From contig JBGARZ010000018.1 in the NCBI GenBank assembly GCA_044229975.1, positions 64,001 to 128,000 on the forward strand: DNA of 64,000 bases, given 5' to 3'. Origin of the DNA: Polyangiales bacterium. GTDB taxonomy: Bacteria > Myxococcota_A > Polyangia > Polyangiales > Ga0077539. The notes below the pieces were generated by a model. It was not told where the DNA came from and searched no databases. It was given only the letters and a program-made list of their open reading frames with translations. This document shows, piece by piece, positions 10,730-21,387 of the stretch. The position numbers were made by a program, and so were the translations under genes. The first letter of the stretch is position 1. Each line of letters starts with the position of its first letter.

Positions 10730-11077
10730 ATGGCGACGGAGTGCCAGCGGTGCGTGGCGGAGCGGGAGGCCCGACAGGTGCTCCGCATGGTCCGCGCGGG
10801 GAGCGCGATGACCGCTCTGTTGCTCGCTGCCCTTTGGCACTTCACGGGTCTAGCGAGCGGGGGCAAGGGCGCCGTCGCATGGTTCGCGGGGCCTTTGCTG
10901 TGGTTGGCCCTGGGAGTCGCCGGGCTGGTCTATGTGGTCTGCGCACTGCTCCCTCGCGCGTGGCTCCTACTCTACCGCGCTGGCCTGCCCCGACCCGCGC
11001 CCGCCCCAGATACGCTGACCAGTTACCGCGCGTCCGCGCCCGCCGAGTGCCCCCGCCACCCCTACGAGCGCTTGTAG
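10730..11077 (+). CDS. Small two-TM membrane protein
   Basis: Two hydrophobic segments; follows the previous gene by 24 nt. Confidence 0.55.
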   Translation: MATECQRCVAEREARQVLRMVRAGSAMTALLLAALWHFTGLASGGKGAVAWFAGPLLWLALGVAGLVYVVCALLPRAWLLLYRAGLPRPAPAPDTLTSYRASAPAECPRHPYERL

Positions 11078-11405
11078 GGTGCTTCGCCCGGCCAGTGCTC
11101 GCGGTCGCCCGGGGCTCCGCCGACTGCCCCGGTCTGAGCCGGCGTGGCAACCGATGACGCGCTCCGTCACGCGCCCCGGGGCGACGATTCCGCCAATTCG
11201 GCCCGCGAAATCACATGGGTTTTCGGTCGGGGCGACAACCGGATAGGCATGCCTGGAACCCATGACGAGGACGCTACGTAGCGAGGGATGGAGAGGGGGG
11301 TGTCCTTTCAGCGCGCGGCGCTGACGCGAGGCCGAACGGCGCGCGCTGACCCTGGAATGGCGACAAGACCCTCGTGTCCGACACGGCGGAGGTTGAGCCC
11401 TGCGA

Positions 11406-14078
11406 TCAGGGCCACTCGCAGCGCACTGGCGTCCCGTCGCGGCGCACGCCGTCGACGCCGTCGGCCCCCGGCGCGGCGAGGACCTCCTCCCCCCGCAGCG
11501 ATCGCAGACAGAGCGCGTCCCCGTCGAGCGCGTACTCCGCGAGCGCGGGCTCGGCGTCGGTGGGTTCGTTCGTCGTCGCCATGACCGGGAAGGTGAACGC
11601 GCCGCGCGCCGACGGGCCGCACGCCACCGCCGTCACCAAGCGGGCCAGCACCCGCGGGGCCTCTCCCGGGGCACCACCCACGACGCTCCCGTCGGGACGC
11701 TTGCGCGCGACGCCCGCCGCGCCGTCGAGCACGTAACAGCCCGGCGGCCAGTCGTGCGCGAGGGACACCCGGCGCACGCCCGCCATGGCCCCCGCCCGCA
11801 GCACCACGAGCCGCGCGCTCAAGCGGTCTTCGAGGTCGAACGCGTCTCGCGCGTGCTCATGCACGAGCACGGCGGTGACAGCGCCCTCGCGCGCGACCAG
11901 CGATCGGACGTTCGAGGGCGACCCCGTCGCGAGCCATGTGGGCAGCGTTTCGATCGTGCGCGGAGGCTCCTGCGGCGAGAGCGCGAGCAGGCGCACGCGG
12001 CGGGCGGAGGACGTCGCGTCCCTGGCCCACGCGAGCACAATCGCACCGCGAGCGTCGGCCGCGACCACCGACCAGATGAGGGCGGCCGTCTCCGCGCCGG
12101 CCCCCGCAGACCGATAGCGCAGGACACGCGGGGCGGGCGACGCCAGGGTCGCGAGCGCGAAGCTCGGCACCTCGATCGAGCCCCGGCTCTCACGCGGCAA
12201 CCCGGCGCCGTGGGTCGAGAGGAAGCGGTCGTCGACGCGCACGGCGGCGCCCATCGGTGACGGAGGCGACCGCGGCGTGCAACGCCACTGCGACCGGTCG
12301 TAGGTGCCCCAAGGCCGCACGACGGCTTCCGCACCGTAGTGCGACGCAGCCGGGCGCCCCCAGCCGATCACGCGGCTGTTCCAGTCGTGGTTGCGCCGCC
12401 AGCTGACGGCGTCGCACGAGAGGTGCGGAGCTGCTGTGAGCGGGTCCCCGGCGACGGTTACGAAGGCCGGGTCGCTCGTGTCGGACGCCACGCGCTGCCA
12501 CTGGTCCTCAGGGCCGCGAGAGATCCACGTGTAGCCGTCGGGCGAGGCGCTGACGGCGGCCCCGTCGTCGCCGCAGAACAGGAAGCTCACGCGGTCGTCG
12601 TCGGACCCGACCCACGGCGGCCGCGCCCGCTCGGCGAAGGGCCCGCCGGGTCGTCCTTCGAGCGGCACGAAGCGCTCCCCGTCGGCCCGCGCCGCCCAGA
12701 AGCGCAGCCGCCCGTCTTGCCCGAGTCGCGGCGGACGCAACTCACGGAACCCCCCCCACGCGGGATCGGGCGCGAGTCGCGCAGGCGCCCCCTCCCCACG
12801 TCGCACCTCGGCGTGCGCGAGCCACTCCCGCCCGTCGAGCAGCACCGCCGTGTCCCCCTCGTAGCCCGCCACGCGCCAGCCGCGGTCCGCCGCTCCAGCG
12901 CTCCACTGCCGCCGCGCGCCGCCCGCCGTGCCTTCGCAGAACCACGCAGCGTCCCCGCACCCGGTCCCCGCGTCGCAGCGCCCCGCGCAACTCACCCGCG
13001 CGCCGTCCGCGCTCGCCGCGCACCCGGTCTCGCCGCCGCAGCGCCACGTCGTGAGCCGCTCCTGCCATCGGCCGTCGGGCGCGAGTGAGCGCAGGACCAG
13101 CGCGCCGCGAGCCGCCGGGCACCGCAGGTACGGTCGGTCGGCCACGAAGACGTCGTCCGGGCCCTCCACCTCGCAGGGGAGATCGGCCTCGGTGCCCGCG
13201 ACGATCTCGTCGCGCTCCAAGTCATAGATCATTGACCTCGCGCCGCGCGGCTCGGGCTGCGTGGTCGCGCGCGTCCAGGCGAGCACCTGTCGTCGGGTGG
13301 CGTCCGTGAACGCGAGCGGGACCAGCGTCCGGTCGGCGTGCGGGGTGCCGATGCGGTGCAGTGCGGCGTCGACGGCATCCTCGGGCGTCGTGGCGTGTAG
13401 TAGCGGGAGCGTGTCGCACGAGACAGGAGCGACCGTCGCGTCGGCTCGAACCTCGTAACAGGCCTCGTCGCCGCGCACCCAGCGTCGGCCGTCGAGGGCG
13501 ACCACTTCGAGCGCCGCGTCGTCGCCCAGCGGGAGGGGCGACCAGTGCGCGCCGCCGTCGTCGGTGAGGAGCGCCCGCCCCGGTTCGAGGACTGCGAGCC
13601 CGTGGCGCTCGTCGCCGAAGGCCGCGTCGATCACCACGCCCGGCGGCAGCGTGAGGCCCTCGACCGCGCCGTCGCGCACGACCGTCGTCCGCCCGCTCCC
13701 GAGGCCGAGCGTCGCGGCCGTGATCTGGGTTCCGCGCCGCAGCACGCCGAGGAACGACGAGGCCTCCCACCGCCCCGAGCGTCCGACGAACTCCCAGTGG
13801 CCGTCGCGCTCCCACACGGCGGACAGCAGCGCGATGAGCTGCCCGTCGGCCCGCGCGACGGAGGCGCCGTCGACCTCCAGGCGAACACCGTCCACGATGG
13901 CCCGCTGGGGCCGCGACCGCTCGTCGACCCACCACGAGCGAAACACGCCACCGCCCCGCACGAAGTAGCGCGCCGTGGGTTCGGGGGGCGCCGCGGGCGG
14001 GCGGCGAACGACGACCGGACGCGAGCTTGCGTGTCCACAGGCCGTCAGGAGGAGGGCCGCGATCCAGGCGTGCTTCAT
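11406..14078 (-). CDS. Family-B Asp-box/BNR-like lipoprotein (paralog of 2429-5059)
   Basis: ATGA overlap with the upstream gene. Lipobox LLTAC; SSFLG, LTDDGGAHW, ADRPYLRC, CAASADGARV, EYALDGDALCLR. Confidence 0.85.
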   Translation of the reverse strand: MKHAWIAALLLTACGHASSRPVVVRRPPAAPPEPTARYFVRGGGVFRSWWVDERSRPQRAIVDGVRLEVDGASVARADGQLIALLSAVWERDGHWEFVGRSGRWEASSFLGVLRRGTQITAATLGLGSGRTTVVRDGAVEGLTLPPGVVIDAAFGDERHGLAVLEPGRALLTDDGGAHWSPLPLGDDAALEVVALDGRRWVRGDEACYEVRADATVAPVSCDTLPLLHATTPEDAVDAALHRIGTPHADRTLVPLAFTDATRRQVLAWTRATTQPEPRGARSMIYDLERDEIVAGTEADLPCEVEGPDDVFVADRPYLRCPAARGALVLRSLAPDGRWQERLTTWRCGGETGCAASADGARVSCAGRCDAGTGCGDAAWFCEGTAGGARRQWSAGAADRGWRVAGYEGDTAVLLDGREWLAHAEVRRGEGAPARLAPDPAWGGFRELRPPRLGQDGRLRFWAARADGERFVPLEGRPGGPFAERARPPWVGSDDDRVSFLFCGDDGAAVSASPDGYTWISRGPEDQWQRVASDTSDPAFVTVAGDPLTAAPHLSCDAVSWRRNHDWNSRVIGWGRPAASHYGAEAVVRPWGTYDRSQWRCTPRSPPSPMGAAVRVDDRFLSTHGAGLPRESRGSIEVPSFALATLASPAPRVLRYRSAGAGAETAALIWSVVAADARGAIVLAWARDATSSARRVRLLALSPQEPPRTIETLPTWLATGSPSNVRSLVAREGAVTAVLVHEHARDAFDLEDRLSARLVVLRAGAMAGVRRVSLAHDWPPGCYVLDGAAGVARKRPDGSVVGGAPGEAPRVLARLVTAVACGPSARGAFTFPVMATTNEPTDAEPALAEYALDGDALCLRSLRGEEVLAAPGADGVDGVRRDGTPVRCEWP

Positions 14079-16981
14079 CGGGCCTCGCAGCGCCACGGGC
14101 GGAGGCCCTGTGGGGAAGCGATCGTGCCGCGCATCGCACCGTCGGCGCCGGCCTCGACGGAGAGGGTCTGGCCGCGCCCGGACTGCTCCAGGGAGCGAAG
14201 GCACACGCCGCTCTCGCCCGCCTCGACGACGACGGAGGTGCGCGCGGCGGCGATCGGGGGCGTCACCCGCGCGGCCTCTGGGAGGGCGAGGTCGAGGCGC
14301 CACGCATCCGGCGCCGCAGGCGCGACGCACGGGCGCAGCGGTCCCGCGAGGCGCCAGGGCACATGCAGGGGCAGCGCGTCGGGCGACGGCGCGACGGGGA
14401 ACACCGCCACCACGGTCGCGTCACCGCGGGTCGTGAGCAGCGCCGCGCCGCGCACCTCCGCGCGCACGGCGAGCCCGAGCGCCCGTCGCAAGTCGGCCCC
14501 CTGTTCTTCCATGACCGTCGGCGCGAGGCGCGGGTCGTCGTGTTCGAGGAACTGCGAGAAGTGAAGCGTGCGCACCGTGGTGGCGCTCGCGCCATCGGGC
14601 CCTTCGTAGACGGCGACCTCGCCGTCGCGGTCCCCCGACCGGGCGACGATCGCCAGTCGACCGTCGCGCGCCCACTGCGGCGCCGACCACTCGTACGCGG
14701 GGGTCGGAAACGCCAGGAAAACCGTCGCACCGCCCGCGCGGGTGTGCAGCCACGCGTCGTGGGACTCACCCTGCGCCGACAGCCTCACCAGCGCCCGACG
14801 GCGGTCGAGCGCGAAGGCGTGCACCGAGAGCCAGGCGGGGTGCTCCATGTCGCGGGAGAGATCGGTGGTGAGCACGGAGGGCTCGCCGACCGCCGCGTAG
14901 GCGCCCTCCGCGTCGCGGCCGCGCCACGCAAACTGCACGTGCATCAAGGCCCCGTCGCTCCAGACCATTGCGTCGACGCAGCCATCGACCGCGCAGTGAG
15001 AAAGCGTCCGGTGGCGGAAGCCCGCGGGCGCGGCGAGCACCGGAGCGGTCGGCCACGCCTGCACCACGCCCGTGGGCGAGCATTGGAGCGCGGGCACCTG
15101 CCGCGCCTCGAACCACTGGCGCAGCGAAGCGCGCGGCGGGGGTGGCGGTGGCGGCGGGTCGGGCAGCGCCCCGAACAAGCGGCCCGCGTTGGGCGCGAGG
15201 GGCCCCCACCCCGAGACGACGAGACGCCCCCCGAGGAGGCAGCGATCGAGCGTGCATGCGAGCGCGTCGGGAACGAAGGGATGCTCGGCATCCGGTGCCT
15301 CTGCGCCGTCGCGCCCTTCCGGGAGGCGACCGTCGACCGCGGGTAGGGCCTCCCAGTGGCGACCGCCGTCGCGCGTGCGGGCGACGCGCTCGAAGCCGGT
15401 GGACCACGCGTAGCCGTGGGTGGGGTCGGCGAACACGGCGCGGTCGACGCCGGACGGCAGGTCGATGACCACGAGGGGATCGCCGAGCAGGCCCACGGCG
15501 GCGCCGCGGAGCGAGCCCGCGCGGGTGACCAGCGCCGTGACGACACCACCCACGCCGACGGCCGCGGAGACCGTCTCGCCCTCGTTGGCCGTGAAGACCG
15601 GCGTGACCGGGATCGGGTCGGCCGCGGCGCCCACGTCCGCAACGCCGAGGGCGTGCGCGGAGAGACCGAGGAGCGCCCGCGAGCCGCTCAGACCGAGGAG
15701 CGCGGTGTAGGGGCGGGCGACCTGCCGCGTGACCCCCTCCAAGGTCGGTGTGTCGTACCGGCAGAGCGCCCTGTGCGACGGCGTCGCGCCGCACGGGCCG
15801 TCGCCCACCGCGAGGTCGGCGCGGTCGGAGGGCAGCGCGTCCGCCATCCCCGCGGGCACCCGGTCGCTCGGAATGACCTCGCCGCCACCGGCGCGTGGGT
15901 CGACGAAGATCGTCGTCACGGGGTGCGGGTCATCGCTCGTTCCTCCGCCACTGGTGATCCGCACCAGGTGCCCCGCGTTGGCGGTCCCATTCCAGTGGTC
16001 GTCGAGTCGGAAGCGCGTCAGGCCGCGGGCGGTGTGCCCCTCCACAAGGCTGAGGTCGCGCCCGGAGTGCACCACCAGGGTGCCGTCGGGGCGGGCGATG
16101 CCGTGCAGCAGGCCGGTCCACGCCGGGTCGCGGCGGGCGAGGAGCCAGGGCAGGCCGGGTCCGACGCGATGCCATTCCGCCGGCGGATCCCTCCCGGTCG
16201 AGAAGTCGTCGTTGCGCGGGGGCACGTCGATGTCGTCGCGCGGGGCGAGGCGACAGTCGGAGGTGACGACGCTCCTGCCGCCGATGTCCGCAAGTACGCC
16301 GTCGGCGCTGGACCTCAGGCTCGGAGGACCGTGGAGGACACCCCCGACGGCCATCCAGTGCGCGCCGCCGTCGCGGGTGCAACGGAGCGCGCCGCCCTCC
16401 GTCCACGCGACGCCCGCGCGCTCGGACACGAAGAGGATCTCCTCGACGCGCTCGCCGTCGAGCGCCGCGACCGGCACGAAGACGCCGCCGTCACTCATCC
16501 ACGCGACGCGTCGGCGGTCGACGAGCGCGAGGCGTCCGCGCTGCCCCATCCCGTAGTCGAGGCCATGGAAAACGAGACCATCGTGGAAGCCCGGGAAGGC
16601 GCCCACGCGGGTGAGCGGGCCGAGGAAGTCGGGCGCGGCGAGGGCGGTCCCGGCCGCGTCGACGAAGACCCACCCGCGCGCCGTGCGTCCGGCGAGCACG
16701 ATCTCAGCGGCGGGCTGATCGGCCGCCACGCGGACCTGGTCGTCGCGCACCTGGAGGCGGAGCGACCCGAGAGCCACGTCCGCGAAGCCATCGGGCTCGC
16801 GCTGCACGAACAACTCAGGACCCGTGGGGAGCCACGCGAGGCGCGTGGGTGCCTCCCTCACGCCTGCCGTGCTCGGCAGCGGCGCGGGCGAAGGGGCGGA
16901 TGGTGCGGTGGTCGGCCGGGGCAAAGGTCGACAGCCCAGCGCACCGACGAACAGCAGGGCGAGTCCACGAGGTGGTCGCAT
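14075..16981 (-). CDS. Family-A Asp-box/BNR-like lipoprotein (paralog of 3-2432)
   Basis: Lipobox ALGC; DFLGPL, CTRDGGAHW, GVDRAVFAD, RTRDGGRHW, CTLDRCL, GVCLR, RCEAR. Confidence 0.85.
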   Translation of the reverse strand: MRPPRGLALLFVGALGCRPLPRPTTAPSAPSPAPLPSTAGVREAPTRLAWLPTGPELFVQREPDGFADVALGSLRLQVRDDQVRVAADQPAAEIVLAGRTARGWVFVDAAGTALAAPDFLGPLTRVGAFPGFHDGLVFHGLDYGMGQRGRLALVDRRRVAWMSDGGVFVPVAALDGERVEEILFVSERAGVAWTEGGALRCTRDGGAHWMAVGGVLHGPPSLRSSADGVLADIGGRSVVTSDCRLAPRDDIDVPPRNDDFSTGRDPPAEWHRVGPGLPWLLARRDPAWTGLLHGIARPDGTLVVHSGRDLSLVEGHTARGLTRFRLDDHWNGTANAGHLVRITSGGGTSDDPHPVTTIFVDPRAGGGEVIPSDRVPAGMADALPSDRADLAVGDGPCGATPSHRALCRYDTPTLEGVTRQVARPYTALLGLSGSRALLGLSAHALGVADVGAAADPIPVTPVFTANEGETVSAAVGVGGVVTALVTRAGSLRGAAVGLLGDPLVVIDLPSGVDRAVFADPTHGYAWSTGFERVARTRDGGRHWEALPAVDGRLPEGRDGAEAPDAEHPFVPDALACTLDRCLLGGRLVVSGWGPLAPNAGRLFGALPDPPPPPPPPRASLRQWFEARQVPALQCSPTGVVQAWPTAPVLAAPAGFRHRTLSHCAVDGCVDAMVWSDGALMHVQFAWRGRDAEGAYAAVGEPSVLTTDLSRDMEHPAWLSVHAFALDRRRALVRLSAQGESHDAWLHTRAGGATVFLAFPTPAYEWSAPQWARDGRLAIVARSGDRDGEVAVYEGPDGASATTVRTLHFSQFLEHDDPRLAPTVMEEQGADLRRALGLAVRAEVRGAALLTTRGDATVVAVFPVAPSPDALPLHVPWRLAGPLRPCVAPAAPDAWRLDLALPEAARVTPPIAAARTSVVVEAGESGVCLRSLEQSGRGQTLSVEAGADGAMRGTIASPQGLRPWRCEAR

Positions 16982-17084
16982 CGAGCCGAACGATACGCCG
17001 AAGGGTGACGCGGGCGGCGCGCGCGGTGCTCGGCGCATCCGTTCGCGAAGCGTAGGCACGCGCGCTGCACCGCGGCCCTTCCGC

Positions 17085-17972
17085 ATGCGATCGACGATCT
17101 TCTGCGCGCTGTTCTTCTTCACGTCGGTCGGCCGGGCGCAGGGTGTCCACGCCGTCGACTTCGCCAACCGCGTCTGGACCCACACGTGTGTCGGGCGGGT
17201 GCGAACACACCGGGGCGTCTCCAGCGACTGGCAGCCCGGAGGGGACGACCGGGCCTTCCGGGTCGACGCCCCCGTCTTCGGAGACCTCGACGGCGACGGC
17301 CGCGACGAGGCGGTGGTTCGCACGCACTGCGCCCCTGGCTACGTGAACCACTTCGGCGACGCGATCGTCTTCGCGTGGCGCGGGGGACAGCTCCGCGAGA
17401 TCGCGCACCTCGGCGTGCGCGCCGACGGGAGGTCGGGCGATGGCGGGCGCGACACCCTCAACGCCGTCCGCATCGAGGGCGGGGCCATCGTCGAGGAGCG
17501 TCCCGTCGACCGCATCCTCGGATCCGACACGGGCTACGTCATCGTCCACCGCCGGGTGCTGCTCGCCGGCCGGCTTGTCGAGCCCGCTCCCCCGACCGTG
17601 GCCTGTCGGCCCGCGAGCGCCGCGACCTGCGTCCCCCCGGCTGAGCAGTCATCCGAGGTGCACTTCCAGCCGTCGCACATGGCGGCCACGCGGCCGATGA
17701 CCTTCGACGCGAGCGGCGACCTGCCGACGCTCTCGCTCCGGCTCCATGAAGGGCAGGACCTCCACGTCGACTTCTGGTGCGACAGCACCGAGCCCGCGCT
17801 CATGCGCGTCGAGCCCCCCGAGGGCGACGCCGTCGAGAGCGACTCCACCGTGGGGTGGATGCACGCGCTCGTCGAGCGGTCGGGGCGCTACCGGGTCGTG
17901 CTGCGCGCCCGGCAGCCGGTAGGCGTCTGCTACGTGCGGCTCGGCGCCCATGCGGTCGCCTCCGCTCGGTAG
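17085..17972 (+). CDS. Secreted hypothetical protein (DxDGDG motif, C-terminal beta-sandwich-like domain)
   Basis: Signal peptide; VDFAN, FGDLDGDGRDEAVV, SGRYRVVL. Confidence 0.65.
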   Translation: MRSTIFCALFFFTSVGRAQGVHAVDFANRVWTHTCVGRVRTHRGVSSDWQPGGDDRAFRVDAPVFGDLDGDGRDEAVVRTHCAPGYVNHFGDAIVFAWRGGQLREIAHLGVRADGRSGDGGRDTLNAVRIEGGAIVEERPVDRILGSDTGYVIVHRRVLLAGRLVEPAPPTVACRPASAATCVPPAEQSSEVHFQPSHMAATRPMTFDASGDLPTLSLRLHEGQDLHVDFWCDSTEPALMRVEPPEGDAVESDSTVGWMHALVERSGRYRVVLRARQPVGVCYVRLGAHAVASAR

Positions 17973-18292
17973 AGCGAGGCCGTTGGGACGCAACGACTTC
18001 GGGCAGCTCGCCGCCGACGGTCCAACATCGGACGAGGCACGGCCGGTGGTGCGCCTCGACCCCGACGACCAGTACCGGGACGCCTCCTACGACCCACCGC
18101 CGCGCGGCTGGTTGTGAGCCCCTTCACCGCGCACGTCGTCCTCGCAAGATTCAGCACCACGCGCCATCCGACCGGGCAGGGGCTTACGCGCTTCGAGCAT
18201 CTCGACGGAAGCGGACGTTCTCGATCTCGACCCCGAGCTCCTCGAAGCTTCGGCGGCCTGCCTCGTTGATCCCCAGGTCCGGGCCTGTCGCA

Positions 18293-19021
18293 CTACAACC
18301 GCACTTCGCTTGGACTAGGGTTGGTCGTGTCCCGCGCCACGACGGCTGCTGTGAGCCTAGTGACGACGATGATGGCGACGCCTGCCGCGCCGACGCGCAA
18401 CCCGTCGACGGCGGCGGCCAGCAGCGTCGCCGTGCGAATGCCGTCGGCGCGAGTCGGATCAAGGTGCACCAGGGATGCGACGAGCGGCACGACGCCGCTC
18501 GCGAGCCAAAGCGCCGCCCAGAGACCGATGGGTGCCCGACCATCTGTGCCCACGGCCGGGAGCGACGTTAGGGCCGGCTCGCGGTAACCGACGTCGTCGC
18601 GCGCGACGGGGCGCGGCTCCGCCAACGGCGTCTCGACGAGTGCGCGGCGCAACGAGAGCAGGCGGCGGAATGGCTGCACGAGGTTGACGCCGGGGATGAG
18701 CCACGACAGCGCGAGCGTCGGAGGCGCATCGCGCCAACCGAGAAGACCCGCCCGCCTCGCCGCTCGGGACAGCGCGACGGACCAGAGCGCAAGCGCGGCC
18801 AGGCAGCCGAACGCGAGCACGGCGGAAGTCGTAGAGAGCACGTTGAAGGCCCGGTCGAGGGCTCCGACGGAAGGCGTCGCGGTCGGCGCATGACGCGCGA
18901 GTCGATCAATCGCGTGAAGGGCGAAGGCGTGACGGGCGAGGAGCAGCGCGTGGTTGAGCGCACCCAGCGCGAGCAGCACGCGAACGGCCCATGCACAGCG
19001 ACGCAAGGAGACCGCGGACAT
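18293..19021 (-). CDS. DUF4328-like membrane protein
   Basis: Multiple TM helices with motif SWLIPGVNLVQP. Start overlaps the upstream stop (TGATG). Confidence 0.7.
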   Translation of the reverse strand: MSAVSLRRCAWAVRVLLALGALNHALLLARHAFALHAIDRLARHAPTATPSVGALDRAFNVLSTTSAVLAFGCLAALALWSVALSRAARRAGLLGWRDAPPTLALSWLIPGVNLVQPFRRLLSLRRALVETPLAEPRPVARDDVGYREPALTSLPAVGTDGRAPIGLWAALWLASGVVPLVASLVHLDPTRADGIRTATLLAAAVDGLRVGAAGVAIIVVTRLTAAVVARDTTNPSPSEVRL

Positions 19022-20982
19022 CACTCCCTCCCCTCCGCGCGGCCTTCCTCGCGCGGGTCGTCCACCAGGCGAAATGGTGTGACGGTCTCGCCGTCGTCGA
19101 GGACGCCATCGAGCCGTCCGCCGTGCGCTTCGAAGCGCGCGGGGGCCATCTCGTCGGAGTCGCTGTCCTCCGTCGCGGGGAGGCGGACGTCGAGGGTTCG
19201 GAGGCAGAGGGCGCCGTCGCGGAGCTCGTAGACGGCGTGCGTCGCCACGAAGGCAACGCCCTCGGTGTTGGCAGACCCGATGACGATCGGCGGCGTCACC
19301 CGATCCGACGGCCCCGTTAACGCGGAGAAGAAATGCAGCCGCGGCGCGGACCCGGCAGGCGTCGCGCAAGGCACGACCCGCGCGCCTTCGACCGGGAGCG
19401 AGCCCAGCACCACCGCGTCGTCCCCGTCCATCGGGAGAAAGCGCGCGACGCGGCCGCGATCGACGACCGCGAGCCCGAAGTCTGCACCGAGCTCCGCGGG
19501 CCCGAGGATCTGCGCGTCCGCGTCGTGCACGCTCCAGGCGCGAGCCGCCATCGCACCGTCGACGCCGACCCGCGCCACGACCGCGCGGTGCCGTCCAGCG
19601 CCATAGTGGGCGTAGACGCCGCCGTAGTCAGAGACCGAGTGTTCGAGGCCGACGAGCAACATCCGCCCGTCGTCGACGTGGGTTCCCCGGCGCCAGAGGA
19701 GGTTCGTGTCGAAGGGGGACAGGTCCGCCGACTGGTGCCCACGCGCCCAGAGGATCGTGTCCCCGGAGTGGCCGACGAGGACGCCGTCACGACTGACGGC
19801 GAGCGCGCGCCGTCCGACCCCGACGCCCGTAACGTCGAAGTGGTCGAAAGGGTGGATCTCGGTGGGGATGTCGGCCGCACCACGGAACTCCCCCTGCGCG
19901 TCGTGTCCACGCCAGCGCAGGGAGGCGTGCGTGTCCCAGTACGAACCGGGTGCCCGTGACGACCGGGCCAGCAGGGCCCCATCGGCGGCCCGCAGCGAGT
20001 GGGTCCAACCCAGGCCGGTGAAGAGCGGCGCGCGCACCGGTCGTCCGCGGCTCGCCACGCGCAGCGCGACGGGCGGAGGCTCCCAGGGCGCGCCGGGCCC
20101 CGTGCAGCGCGGACGCTCGCCAGCCGCCAGCACCTCGTAGCGCTGCTGTCGCACCCTTGAGGGATCCCCCACCTCACCGGACGTTCCTCGCGGCTCCGTC
20201 GACGGCGACAGCGTGGGGTGCTGCGCGTCGGACGCCCCGTCGGCGAAGAGCATCCACCCGTGGCTGGTGTGCACCCGCAACCCAGGCGGCGAGGCCGCCT
20301 CCACGGTCTGCGCGCATCTCAACGAGACGGCCACGTCCCGCCGCGTGGGCGTGCCTCCGAGGTCGACCGGACGCCACCGCACGCCGCCGTCATCGGTGCG
20401 GAAGAGCGCGCCCTCGCGGGTGATGGCCGCACCAACGAGTCGGTCGCAGAACAGTGCCTCGGCGGTGCGCGGCGGCGCGTGCAGGGACACCCGGCCGCGG
20501 CGAGGGTCGATCAGGTACGGACGGTCCGCCACGAACTGCACCGCGAGCCCGCGACCGTAGGCCCCTGCGCGGTGGTCACAGACGGCACCGGCGACCACCC
20601 GCAGCGGCCCGAGGAAGGTCTCGCTGACCAGGGCGCGTCCGTACTCCGTGAGGAAGACCCACGCGCCGTCGACCTCGAACACGCTCGTGATCGCCTCTTC
20701 CGTGCAGTCGCCGGCGACCGTGAAGGACCGCTGGTCCCCGGCGCGGAATCGCACGCCCTGCCACCAGCCGAAACGATCACCCGACGGGCCGCGGATGGAG
20801 TCGCTGAGGTTGAAGGCACCGCTGACGTTCTCGGGAGGCGGGCGCCGTAGCGCCTCGCGGGCGGCGATGCGTCGACGCTCCTGCGCGCGAGCGAAGGGGC
20901 CCAGGCCCGCCGGAAGCAGCGGCCCATGCAGCGGGAGCGCGGCGAGCAGCAACAGCCCACCGAGGGCGTGCGACCCGTTCAC
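19021..20982 (-). CDS. Solo Asp-box paralog of the A/B lipoprotein families
   Basis: Hydrophobic N-terminus from GTG 20982; SETFLGPL, RTDDGGVRW, WRGHDAQGEF, GALCLR. Confidence 0.75.
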   Translation of the reverse strand: MNGSHALGGLLLLAALPLHGPLLPAGLGPFARAQERRRIAAREALRRPPPENVSGAFNLSDSIRGPSGDRFGWWQGVRFRAGDQRSFTVAGDCTEEAITSVFEVDGAWVFLTEYGRALVSETFLGPLRVVAGAVCDHRAGAYGRGLAVQFVADRPYLIDPRRGRVSLHAPPRTAEALFCDRLVGAAITREGALFRTDDGGVRWRPVDLGGTPTRRDVAVSLRCAQTVEAASPPGLRVHTSHGWMLFADGASDAQHPTLSPSTEPRGTSGEVGDPSRVRQQRYEVLAAGERPRCTGPGAPWEPPPVALRVASRGRPVRAPLFTGLGWTHSLRAADGALLARSSRAPGSYWDTHASLRWRGHDAQGEFRGAADIPTEIHPFDHFDVTGVGVGRRALAVSRDGVLVGHSGDTILWARGHQSADLSPFDTNLLWRRGTHVDDGRMLLVGLEHSVSDYGGVYAHYGAGRHRAVVARVGVDGAMAARAWSVHDADAQILGPAELGADFGLAVVDRGRVARFLPMDGDDAVVLGSLPVEGARVVPCATPAGSAPRLHFFSALTGPSDRVTPPIVIGSANTEGVAFVATHAVYELRDGALCLRTLDVRLPATEDSDSDEMAPARFEAHGGRLDGVLDDGETVTPFRLVDDPREEGRAEGRE

Positions 20983-21387
20983 GGCGTGCCCCGCGGGGCG
21001 GTCTGCTGGGGCATCGGTCGGATCCTCCGGCGCCTCAACGCGCGATCGCGGAGGGGTCGTCCCTCGCGGCGGTCGAATGCCACGATAACGGTGCGAGTCA
21101 GCAACGGTGACGAATGCCGTCGCGATCCGGCGCGTCATACGTCGGCACGAGTTCAGCGAGCGGCCGCGCTTGCGTCGCCCGCGGGCGGGTTGCTAGCCTC
21201 TGCTCAACCGCGCCTCGGCTTCGATCACCTACGATCGACCGCACTCGACGCGACCCTTGCAACAACAGCCTCTTCTCGATTCGTTCCGCATCGCGCTGCA
21301 GTTCGCGCACGCGACGACAACACCACAACCCCAACCCCTCACGAGACCCGCGCCGTGTCACCGAGGCACGGGTGCCCCGCGTGGGCG

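Noticed and set aside
17990..18290. Possible frameshifted gene remnant on the minus strand
   Set aside because: Protein-like patches only, with no recognisable family. Too weak to call.
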